58,900 nucleotides of DNA from Catajapyx aquilonaris (GCA_000934665.2 KZ537986.1:124001-182900); one strand, 5' to 3'; counted from the stretch's first letter, positions 27,001-38,300 are shown. Notes: generated by a model not told the origin, from the sequence alone. Program-made: numbers and translations.

Positions 27001-28650
27001 TGGTTTTGAGCTTTTTTATGTGTCCTCCGCCGAAACCGCAATAGCCATCGGGTAACAACGGCAGCTGGGGATGTGAGTGTAAACAGATGATTTTAGCACT
27101 CATTATTTCCACTTATGGGCGGGGAGATGTCGTTGAAGTGTAAGTGATTGTACAATCACTGCAAAAAGTCAAATAGAAATCCGAGAGCAAGAAGGAATGG
27201 CACACCCCCTTACCCCACCCCACCTTTAAGCACTTAAAATTGCAATTATTAACTGAAACAAGACCTAACAAATGGTTAAGTAACCTTTAGGAAGCAAGTT
27301 GCATTCCAGACTTCCCCCCTGTATTGCAACTTTTAAATCTTCTGATCCATCACAGCTCCTAAAGGTTAATTTAATCTAGTTAACAATCACACCAAAGCCA
27401 CCAATTTATTGTTAAATAAACTAATGTAACACAAAAAAACCAATGAACCAAAAACACATTCGTGCTCAAGAGATTTGCTTCCAGCAAGCCATAAAACAGT
27501 GAGATGCACAGAGAAAGAGCAGCCAGTAAAGCTTCCAGTGCAGTAACGTCTACCATATATCGGTCACTCTCCTTCTTGACTTTCAGTCTTCCAAATCATT
27601 TTACTTATTTATTCCCTCATCTACCTACAAAATTAAATATGAAAACCTAGCATGTGCCATTCCTTTTTGAAGGCTCCCAGTTGCGTTTTCACTTTCTTAT
27701 TTTTCATCATCCGAAATCAGAATACAGCCACAACTACAAGACGTGAAGGGTTTGCTAATCACAGAGAACACAAACACTGGAATTGGCATAAAAGGGTACC
27801 TTTCTCACTGTTTGTGGTAGCCTATAGTTTCCACTGTGGGCGAGAATCTCAGGACTGTGCTAGTAAAAAGTAAAAAAAGAAAAAAGAAAAAAAAAAGAAA
27901 AAAAAATACATGCACAAAAATGAGCAAGGAGAAAAGGTACACACCTGTGCACGCTTCATTTGCTGCCATGAGCTCTCTAGAGGGCTTCTGCCTCAATGGA
28001 TGATGAAACCGTGGCTGTGAATAAAAAGCGCCAGGATCAGTTCCAATCTTTTAAATATGCTACATCCCTAGTGACAACAGTCACCGCAAACTGCATTGGC
28101 AATATTGCCTGCAAAAAATGTCCATTGTCAAAAGCATCTTACCTAACATCTTTACTTTGCACACCTAATCATGCAACTTATTCACGGTCAATACCTTCGG
28201 TATCAATTTCTCCTATATCAGGTTTAACACATTGACTTTCCGCCACAATGTCTCACATGCACTGCCATGCACATCATGCAAGTAAGCGCGTTTGCCAGCT
28301 TGGCCTTACGAAAGTTGATTAATTACTAATGCCAAAGAGTCATCACCACGTGTGTTCATAGCTTCCATTTTTCATCCATCTTGTCTGGTGTCACCCCTCC
28401 CTTGCCACTCGCTTCATTCGCTTAGGTAACAGTACCATGGAAGATTGAAAATCGGCAAAACAAACCAAAACTATTCTGTGCAGCCTGCAAAAGTGGAACA
28501 TAAAAGACACACAAAGCCTTGGTCTGGAGAGAGAGATGTGTTTCTGCTACTGTTTTTTCTTACTGTTCAGTCGGGCTGGCACAGCGATGTGCCTTCAAGA
28601 TCCTCGCAGCATGATGCACCTCTCACTCAAAAACAGTCGCACACACTTAC

Positions 28651-31419
28651 CTCGTGGATGATCTTGCAACCTTTCACAGGTCCTATCTGCCCAAATAACG
28701 CCAGGAGGAGATCCTCCGTGACTGAAGGCTCCAGGTTTCCCACATACCTGTGGGAAAATCAAGTGGACCTCGTGAAAATTTCTGAAACTGTGTGTACAAA
28801 GTCTGAAATATGGCATCATTGTCATAAACACGAATTCCTCCTGAAAATTCAGGCAATATTACTTTACTGCACATGCATAAAAAACTGACATCTCCTTCGC
28901 CCACATGGGTCATTCTATTACAATATATTTTTGAATGCAGCTCTAATATTTCAAGAATAAATGTATGGTTCCAGAGTTGGCCTTTCTAAACATTCCTAGC
29001 TTGTACATGACAAGATTTGGTTAGTTGAACATTGAATCCTTGCACACCAATATTATATGCCTTTTAAAAGTCTTCAATCCATTGCAACGGATGTTTTCTG
29101 CAAAGTGCTTAAGTTGCTAGAATTTGTCTACTCAAATCATAATTCACAGAATGAGAAGAGAGAAAAAAAGATGAAAATGGCAGCAACGTCTTCGGGTGCA
29201 CTGACTGTGAATTAAATACAAGTATAAACATCTAACATTATGCTAACCTTATATCCACATTGTCCTAAGTCCAAAACCATCTGCCACTATCTTATTACAC
29301 TCAGAAAAACTGAAACACGCATTAACTTTCCCATTATCAGAATTTCTTATGAGATACTTACATGTGACGACAGTGGAAGGCATGATATTTTCTAACAAAG
29401 AACTTTTATCTCATGCATAACACACATCGCATGTCTCACTTTTGTCAGTAGCAACAAAAAAGGTGGTGGTATTATAAGCACGAAATATACGCATCAGAAT
29501 AAGTCTGCTGATGCTAGCGACTATTTCAATTGGCACTAAAGCTGAACTTGCTCCTTCACCAAGTAAATCAATCTATATTAATTTGAGTAACAATTCAGTA
29601 ACATGACATTGTGTAATACACAGTATAATTAAATAAATCTGCTAGAAATTATCATTTGCTACAGCTTGTCTAGTCCAAGACTGCAGTGGCTACAATATTA
29701 ACATTTTAATCAACCAGGAGTAACAGATGGTAGCAGCCCCTGCAATCTTGGACCAGAGAATGGGGTAACAACTTACCATTTTAGCATACACCAGATTAAT
29801 GGGATTTAGGCAGTGGCACTCAGGACCAGACATGCGATACTAAATTATATCTTATGTTATATCTTATGAGTTACAGCTTATGACCAATTTCATACACGTA
29901 ACAAAATAGCCCATCAGAAATGACTTCCTAGAGTCTATATTGCCACATCAAATGCACGGATTTTTTAAAACACCTGCTGTAACTTCAAGTCATGGCATGT
30001 CAGATGCATCATAATAACATGCAGCAGGCAAAAAAATTATTGTGAAAGTATTATGAAACTGATTTTATCTCTTGGTGCCATATTTAATTACGTTGCATGG
30101 GCTAAATAAAATTTAATGATATGAAATATTTCATTGCCATCTATCCCTACCACCAGTGAGTGCAAACAAGGAATTTGGAACAAGTTTGGTGCAATTCGTT
30201 GTAGTAACCACACATTACCCCATGAGTCACAATATGGTGCAACTACTTATGTGCCAGGCATCTTGTTGCACCTGGTCAGGAGAAGACACAAGCCTTGAGG
30301 CCCCTCAGTCTTCTTTGGGGGAAAGATTTAGGACGGTTGAGGAGCTTCCTTGCTTGTACAATACCCTGATCAGGCGGAACTTGCCCAGTTTCTTGATTGA
30401 TGCCATTTTCAAACTATACTTTATCCAGCCATCCTAATTCACACAACGTGGGTAATAGTATGGCCTGCTTCATGTGACGTGACTCATACTCTGGCACCCA
30501 GCAAGGTATACCCTCTGCCCTTCAGGCTGTAAAGTGTAAACAAACAAATGTGCTGGGCAAATGAGGTATGACATTGTTCACACAGATGCACTGTGCAAAT
30601 TGACCTGCATGGTGCACCTTTGTAATGATTCATGACTCCCGTCCCTTAAAACTATTTTACAACAATTTTAATAATAATTTGTTCCTAAACTGATAACACA
30701 TTGTTGCGCTCTATTTCTTTCAGCACCAAAGTGTAGTAACCTGCTAACATAGCCTACTATGTTCTTTACTGCCAATACAACTTAAATTTCCATTCACATT
30801 TCTTGCTTCTGTTCATTATGACCAGCTATTGATAACTATGGTAGATCCCCACCTGAACCTGACTTGTGGTTAGTACAACGGGCCCTAAAGACAACTGTGT
30901 GCATGCCCAAACCGCTTTATAAACCTGCGCATCATGCCAGAACTCCATGGGACCATTTACCCAGCTCTGGTTTACTCTACGCAGCGTAAACGGTCCCACG
31001 TTCCCCGCACAACATTCCGCAGCATGTACTTTTCACACAGTCACGCGGTCGTTAACCCTGCCTGCAACATGAATTTGTTTATACCCCCGGTGATGCTGCA
31101 TCACTTTTTCCAATGCAGTGCATTCCACACGCCCATAGGCTTCTGTTAGCATCCCACGCCAGACTAGGCCCAGCTCCCCTTCCCTCTCAATACTGCAATA
31201 CTCACAGGGTCCTGGGCTGGAAGTCGTCGTTGACGCCCTGGAAAGTGTACGGGAAGGGCTGGCTCGACTGTTGCGACGATGACATGGCGTGTGCGGGCCT
31301 TGCGGATGCTGGTTGTGCCGTGGCTTGCTGGGCTCCGCGTCGGTCGAGTGGGAAGGACTGAGAAAAAAAAAATGCGACACCGTTCCCGCTCAGAGTGTCG
31401 GGCTCACCTGCTTCGACAT
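28651..31419 (-). CDS. TIA1: TIA-1/TIAR-like (Rox8) RNA-binding protein, 5' partial (N-terminus and first half of RRM1)
   Basis: Exons 31419-31408 (MSKQ), 31357-31206 (...DDFQPRTL) and 28747-28651 (YVGNLEPSVTEDLLLALFGQIGPVKGCKIIHE), all GT-AG and phase-consistent. PRTLYVGNL...IGPVKGCKII matches the TIA-1/Rox8 RRM1. Later exons were not found. Confidence 0.8.
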
Positions 31420-31557
31420 GATGGATTCCACTCTCCGGCTACTAGCTCTCGTTCCAAAGAGAGGGGACAAAGGGATAAGCGCATGCGCTCCGATCGAACG
31501 CTGCTGCTGCGGGAAAAGGGGAAGGAAAAGGCCGCGTAGTTAGCCGGGATCTCTCAC

Positions 31558-31850
31558 CTTATTATTCCTTAAAACAATGCGGGCAAAATATATCTCTTTA
31601 AAAACAGTCTGGTTCAAAAAGATGGGGGCCACTTGCAGCCCAGCTAAAAATCGAGGAGATGTGAGCAGAATGGGATCGGAGAGAGGAATCGAACGATTTC
31701 TCAACCGGGACGCAAGATGGCGGGAAATCGACGCGTCATTTTGGCGGAAAGTGGGTTGGGTTTGGCGCAGGCGGGAAAGCCATGGAGGGAAGCCATGTTC
31801 GGGCGGCGGCCATCTTTGGTCCTGATTGAAGGAAACCTGGGCGCGATTTA
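31558..31850 (-). promoter_or_regulatory. CpG-rich promoter and 5'UTR exon of the TIA-1-like gene, with YY1/Pho-type GCCAT motifs
   Basis: Donor aag|gtgaga at 31558/31557. AAGATGGCG near 31715 and further GCCAT cores near 31778, 31792 and 31808. Confidence 0.5.
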
Positions 31851-31936
31851 TTTACGGGAGTGTGTTTGTTTGTTTGTTCATAACTTATCGAGGAGGCTCG
31901 AATATTGGGATGGGTGAGCTTGAAGAGGGTTTAAAC

Positions 31937-32244
31937 CAGGGGTGGACAAACTTTTTGCTCCGTGGGCCGCATAAACATGAAAAAAAACTATTTTTTGCAC
32001 GACCAAATAAAATTAATGTAATATTATCAGTGCTGTTATCTAAAATATTTAACAACCGGTACTCTCATACCGGCTAGATAATGCCACTGAATATTATTAT
32101 ATTGATTTTATTCAGTATCATAGTGAAAAAAAATTGTTTTATGTACCGGTATAAAAAAATCATTTTTCAAAAACTTCAAGAATTGCACAAATTTTGCGGG
32201 GGCTGCATAAATTTTCATTCCGGGCCGCAGTTTGCCCACCCCTG
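31937..32244. mobile_element. hAT (Charlie-like) MITE
   Basis: TIRs CAGGGGTGGACAAACT / AGTTTGCCCACCCCTG, subterminal GGGCCGCA motifs, and degenerate 8-bp flanks (gtttaaac / tattagac). Related fragments lie at about 33463-33590 and 34436-34508. Confidence 0.8.
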
Positions 32245-32519
32245 TATTAGACGAAAGACGAAACATTTCTTTGTTCGGCGGTTGATTGTTAATTTTTATT
32301 TATTTCTTTTTATTTACATTACCCGAGACATTACCCCACGGGGGGGAGCTATCTACTCCTTAGGGGGGGTGGAATTACCACCATCGGGATTTGTTGGAGT
32401 GAGTATCGCGGTTTAGAGAATAATTGAAGTCCTTGTTATTGGTTATTGGTTAAAAGCTAAAGTATAGTTTGAATGTCAAACCAACAGAGCAGCTTTACTT
32501 CAGTAAGATCTTATAAGTT

Positions 32520-32833
32520 TAGTTGGCTGGTTGGCTCATGCAGGGATGAGAAGTTATGGATCCAAAGAGCCTTTCGTCGCGTCACTATAGTAAGAAACGA
32601 AGGACTCGAAGAACTAGCTTGAGTTTAGGTTTAGCATGACAACGTAGAGAAGAAGTAAGGAAAGGTGGAAAGATATCACCCCGGGCGGGGGGGGGGGGGG
32701 GGGGNGGGGGTTATCCTGAAAGTGAAACACAGCCACACAGGGAATGCCCAAGAAGCAGGATGGCACCAGGATTTGAACCCAGAACCTCTGGTTGACAGCC
32801 TTGAACGCCTAACCACAAGACTGTTATCCCGCT
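32520..32833 (-). mobile_element. tRNA-derived SINE (degenerate; 3' boundary approximate)
   Basis: Minus-strand tRNA-like head GTGGTTAGGCG...GGTTCAAATCC (B box 32779-32769), followed by a non-tRNA body and a ccaa-like tail. Confidence 0.5.
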
Positions 32834-33054
32834 GTTATCGCAGTGCTGTCATACCCTTGGTCGCGTAATCACCCACAATAGACTGCAAGTTTTCCTTAAA
32901 GACGATACGGTAATTTATCGTGATCACGAGTAGTTATCGGCAGGATGGTATATACGCAAGGGGTTATTCACTTACAGTTAAGAAAGTGTACATAATATTA
33001 CTCGTAGGTAATCAGAGGGAGTCCGAACAGGGACATCCGATTAGATACGGGGAG

Positions 33055-33350
33055 GTGTGTGTGTGTGTGTGTGTGGGTGTGATCAGACATTGCTATCCTT
33101 GTGAGGATTTTTTTCGCTTGTTTCCTATCCTTGTGAGGACCGAAAACCTTACGAGGACTTTTTTCAGGCCCTCATAAGGTACACAGTCCTCACAAGGATG
33201 GCGGAAAATCAAACCAAGACCTCCTTTTTACTGTGAAAAAATAGGTCACCAAAATATCGTGTGTTTTTTGTAGGTTAGGTTAGGTTAGGTTAGGTTAGTT
33301 TTAAATTTTTATTTTTGCCAGACCCTCACAAGGATAGCACATTATAACAT

Positions 33351-33382
<32 letters not shown>
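33055..33382. mobile_element. Non-autonomous DNA element embedded in a (GT)n microsatellite, with internal TTAGG repeats
   Basis: (GT)n on both sides. Perfect 16-bp inverted repeat TGCTATCCTTGTGAGG (33091-33106) / CCTCACAAGGATAGCA (33324-33339). Six copies of a CCTTGTGAGGAC-like motif, three in each orientation. (TAGGT)5 at 33271-33295. Confidence 0.75.
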
Positions 33383-33384
<2 letters not shown>

Positions 33385-33776
33385 CTATCCCTGAACGTGA
33401 ACGACCTCTTCACGTACCTCTTTGTTCAAGTGTGTTCTTCTCAAAATGAATAATTTTCACGTATACCTTCTTATTGTAGAGAACCCTTCAATTATATTGA
33501 TTTTATTCGCCATCTTAGTGCAAAAAATGTTTTGTAATTTATTTTTTAATTTTTCAAAATTTTCAAGACACAAAATTCCGGGCCGCATCCCTGGATTAAA
33601 GAGATGGCTATATTGATTAAAGCCCGCAAACATTACATACTTTGTACCGCATTATTTTAAATATAACTTACACCTTACGGTTTAAAAAATAGAAATTTCA
33701 TTTACCTTCTTCATCTTGCAGAGATTCCTATGGGAGGCGCACCCGGGCGCCTTATTCATTTGATATCTTGGAGCCT

Positions 33777-34128
33777 GGGGAGGCGAAGTGGTGCTGCGGT
33801 AACGTACGCGCCCACGGATGTTAAGGTCCCGGGTTCGATCCCAACCCGGGGACACCCCCTTCATCTCGTGCAGAGTTCAGGGTCACCTCTGGCTTCGTCT
33901 CGGGTGGTATTTCCAACAGACTAAACCACCCGGGGGAGTTCACTAAAAAAATGGCCACAGCGTCAGATGCACTGCACCTTGCACATCCCCTCCTGTCATC
34001 CTGCTCGTGGGCCCGGGCGTTTCAAATGAATAGGCACCAAATGTACCTCAATAAATAAAGGTCCGTGCGATATGCCCCCATGTGGGGGCGAAAGCACATT
34101 ACCCCAGCATTATTATATTATTATTATT
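33777..34128 (+). mobile_element. Full-length tRNA-derived SINE with target-site duplication
   Basis: A box TGGTGCTGCGG 33789-33799, B box GGTTCGATCCC 33832-33842, 3' hairpin GCCCCCA-tg-TGGGGGC, (ATT)n tail, and a 14-bp TSD ATATCT(T/A)GGAGCCT at 33763-33776 and 34129-34142. Confidence 0.88.
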
Positions 34129-35302
34129 ATATCTAGGAGCCTAATATGAATACTACAATAAAACGAACCTAACTGAAAGGTTATGAATAGGGGATTACTG
34201 CAAAAATGTTATGAAATTTTATGTCTATTAGGCTCGTGTCACCGGTCACGAAATTTGACTGTCAATATGACACGTAATATTTTAATCGGGTATTTTTTGG
34301 GATGCTATTACCAGATTATGCGTACCTACCGTTTAGAATTGAAACGTAGGCCTTAGAGATCTTTATAGTAGGCTGGTGGTTAATAATATTTTCCAGCGTT
34401 TTAAAGCGAAAAACTTATAAAGAAGCTAAGTCCACATACCTTCTTATTGCAGAGAACCCTTCAATTTTTTTTTCATTTTCACAGAGCAAAAAGTTTGCCC
34501 ACGCCTGGCAGGCTTTCGTTGAATACAGGGTCCACTGCAAGTCCACTCTTCTACTGTATTTTAATAACTGAATATGATCCGTTTTATTAGACTAAATAGT
34601 ATGGGTCTAATGTTGTTCCAGCAGTACGCGCCAGCCATTAAGCCAGTTATATGCAATTTATGTAAATATCTGATTTCAGAATAATCCTGAGCTTCTGCTA
34701 TCGATTTTAATATAGGATGGCATAATTCCGTCAAAACAGCAAGCGTACCAACTCTGCTAATACCCGATTGCACCAGGTAGAGGCTCAACACCGGGTCTGT
34801 CGTAATAAGTCATTGTTTGTTGTTGTAGACAACAATTGAAAAGATGAGGGAAAACTACCATCGACACTTCAGGCACTATTGAGAAAATGAAGGAAAAGGT
34901 GCAGCTACAGACTGCAAAAGCCCTATCATACAGTAGGTTACAATGAATCGCCTTGATTGTCCTAGATCTAAACTAGGGTATCTATATACGCATGGTAAGG
35001 AATGTTTGGGAAATAAACTTTGTTTAAGCCTTTCCCTCGGTTCAGTTAATTAACAAAACCCAACTCGATATCGTTGAGAGAGCGAACTTCAATTGCTTTC
35101 AGTTCAATTAGGTACATGAGAAAATTTAAACAGCAATGTTAATTCCAAACCTATACGACGGTGGAAAATAACCGAGAAAAATCATCGCTTCATTCGGATG
35201 AAATGATAAGTTCCAGAGCATGCTAGTAAAGTATGCATGCAAAAATATCATACCATGTGAGTAAAAACATGAAAATATTGCTTTTAATTATTATTTTTCT
35301 TC

Positions 35303-38300
35303 TTAATAATATAATGTTTCATAGTGTATGTTTGCGCCAATCCAGCCGAAATACTCTGAAACCTTTGTGTACACATCAGGAAAATTGGGGATCACTGCAC
35401 AACTAACAGTCACTCCAAAGCTCAAAATTCCAACAACCACTGTTCTTCCTTTCCGCTCTTTCACCGTAAGGGGTCCTCCACTGTCGCCCTAGAAAGATAA
35501 CATGCGACATAATTAGCGCCCCAGGCACAACGTTTGACTTGGACCAGAGTGTTGGCAATACATACAAAACACGTGGACCTGCACCCTTCACCCGCTGCAC
35601 AAATCATGGAAGGCAAGAGAGGTGTTTGCTGATTTCCGAGGACCGAGGAGCATGTGTTTGTGTCTATAATGTTGACCTCTAGCTTTTGTAAAATGTCACT
35701 TGGTGTCCCTTGATTGACCGTGTAACCCCAACCTGCGAATATTCCTTTTCGACCTACATAATCGACTCCTAAAATAGTGAAAGGAAGAACCCAATATAAT
35801 AAATTATTGAATAATTGAATAAAATTATAACTGGCACATTCAGTAACGACTTACGTGGGTTAGGCATGCAAATCGGCCGAATGGCGTAGGAAAAGGCAAC
35901 TGGTTTTTCCAACATGACGAGGGCCATGTCGTTAATTAGGTCTTGGAGATTGAAGTGGGAGTGAAAGAACACTCGTCCGACCCGTCGGGTCACCTGCGTC
36001 CCACTTCCGTTTTCTGTTATGTTGATATCTCCCATCACGACCTTCAGGCTTTCTACGCTTGTTTCAGACCTGTAAATAATAACAATGGCCGACACGTGAC
36101 TGCCTGTGTGATCATGCGATTTTAAAAGCACGTGTCAAGGTGGGTTCGCAACAAGCTTGCGAAAATAGTAATGTTCATGTATACAGTATAAAGTAACAGT
36201 ATAATTACGTACGGGATTCGGGTCTTTTAGGAAAAACAGAAGCATTTTTGGCATATTATTTTCGCAGACGTATTATAGGACAAAAAGGGATGCTTACGTG
36301 AAGAAGCAATGTGACGCAGTTAGGACATAGTTGGGTGTGATAACCACACCGCTGCATGTATATTTCTCTCCTGAGAATATTGCAGCCTGCCAGGGAAATT
36401 CAAAGGGCCGCGCGTCTTTTCCGCCGATTATACGAGAGGGATCCGATCGCTGCCTTTCATCGCACGAAATTGTCAGATTCACATCGGATGATTGACGAGC
36501 TGCCCAAGCCTGACCAACCCGCTCTTGCTCTTGACGTTTTAATACTGACGTAAACATAAAAGAGACAAGTTGATTAGGGTTACAGATGAGAGAAAAGTTA
36601 TTGGATTCGTACCATTTCGCAAATTGGCAGAGGTAATAGAAGCGGACCACCCGTCTGCTTCACGCAGATATGTCAAATTCATGTTCAATACTTTGGCAGC
36701 TCTTGTAGGCCTCGGCGTCGAAGGAATTGCCCATAGCGTAGAGGGGCCAATAGGAAATTCATCGACGGTTGTGGGTTCAGGGGTTGGTGTTGGTGTTGTT
36801 GTTGTTGTTGTTGTGGTTATGGTGGTGGTGGTGGCTTTTGTGGTTGTAGTGGTGGATTTAGCTGAGGTAGTTGGTGTCAGTTCCTCTGTAGGCCTAGTTG
36901 GTAGATAACTCGGTTCATTACTTTTGGTTGAAAATTCCGGAGGGGTGGTTGATGATGGCGGGACTTTTATGCCGCAATCTGGCCATTCTGCGAGGAACAA
37001 AATGATAATGGTGAAACACTCTTTGCTGCCTTAATGTCATACGTTGTTCGCACCTCTAAAAGTCCGTAATTTCGAGCATCGTATTTGTGTGGCTCGGATA
37101 TTCCACCGATATGGGACAGAATTTTGAATAATCATCAGCAGTCCAAGAGATCGAGAAACGCGAGGATTCACGCTCACCAGTGCTGAAACAAAAGAGATGG
37201 CAGGTTATTATAATTACTTGTCATATACGATTTAAAGCAGACAAACATGTGTTGTTCAACTTACTGCTGTACTTGTCAAGATTTCCACATCGTGGATAAG
37301 AAGGACCTTGAAGACCACCCAATATAAGGAATTGGTCCACTGAGCACACTCCATTGGATGGCGCCAACAAGTGAAATTCTTCAAAATCGAGTCTAAAACA
37401 TTGCAAACCGTTTATTATATGAACACTTATTCAAGATGCTTCAAGCATGCAAGCTCTTAGAACTCGGGAAATAAAAATACTTAATTTCATTTTTCACAAT
37501 TTATTATGTAAACGAGTATTACCGGCTGTATTAGCAACTAAGAATAACTATATAGTGTGAGGACGGAATAAATTCTTTATTTGAAATGTCACACACACAG
37601 CGTTCACTTGATATAATTATGTGCATTTTAAGTAGGCCTAATATTAATGCATTGTTTAAATGTGACAAACTATGGATTGGATCATCATGTGGTGTTGATT
37701 CGCAACAACTGCAGTGCTTTAGCCTATTTATTTTTTTGCTGACAGCCCTGCCTAATCACGCACATGAAAAATAAAAACCTTACCTTAATGCACAGACGTC
37801 CTGCCTGACCATGACAAGATGATGGCAAAACGTAGTGCTTCGTGATAAACTCGGAAAATCAGGCGATCGAAAAAACGACACCATCGACTGGGTCGCCTGA
37901 TTACAAGACCTCTCAACTAGAAAGCAACAATAATTTGCATTAAACACGAAGCTCAACGTGTTTTAAAAATGCTGCTCACATATGCAACAGACTTTTCCAT
38001 CGCGACACACGCTTCCAGGAGTTCCTCCTGACCTCAGGCAAGTCTCCTCAGAGTAGCACACCCCACTGCAGGAGTAGGGGTTGGTATGCCACCCATGACC
38101 ATGCATAGGGTACGGATTTTGTGGCGGGTACGGATACGACGGGTTCTGTGGAGGGTATTGATGAAGCGGGTCTGAGGGGTACATGCCGGGATGCTGGGGT
38201 ACATCAGGAAGCATCCCTGCCGACTGATGAGGGGGGACCATAAAAGCCGTCCCACCTTGCACAAAAGAATCCAGTTTTAGACCTTTTTAAATAAAATAAT

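Noticed and set aside
33271..33295. TTAGG array as a true telomere
   Set aside because: Only 4-5 units, internal, and inside a repeat element.
33097..33339. Short spaced repeats as a CRISPR array
   Set aside because: 12-bp motifs in both orientations with irregular spacing, eukaryotic context, no cas genes.
33777..33855. tRNA gene
   Set aside because: A and B boxes are present but there is no clean cloverleaf or oligo-T terminator; the body, tail and TSD indicate a SINE.
36570..36908. Val-rich plus-strand ORF resembling a membrane protein
   Set aside because: It is the antisense shadow of the protease Thr-rich exon. The same applies to antisense ORFs over DCAF10, fem-1 and the secreted protein.
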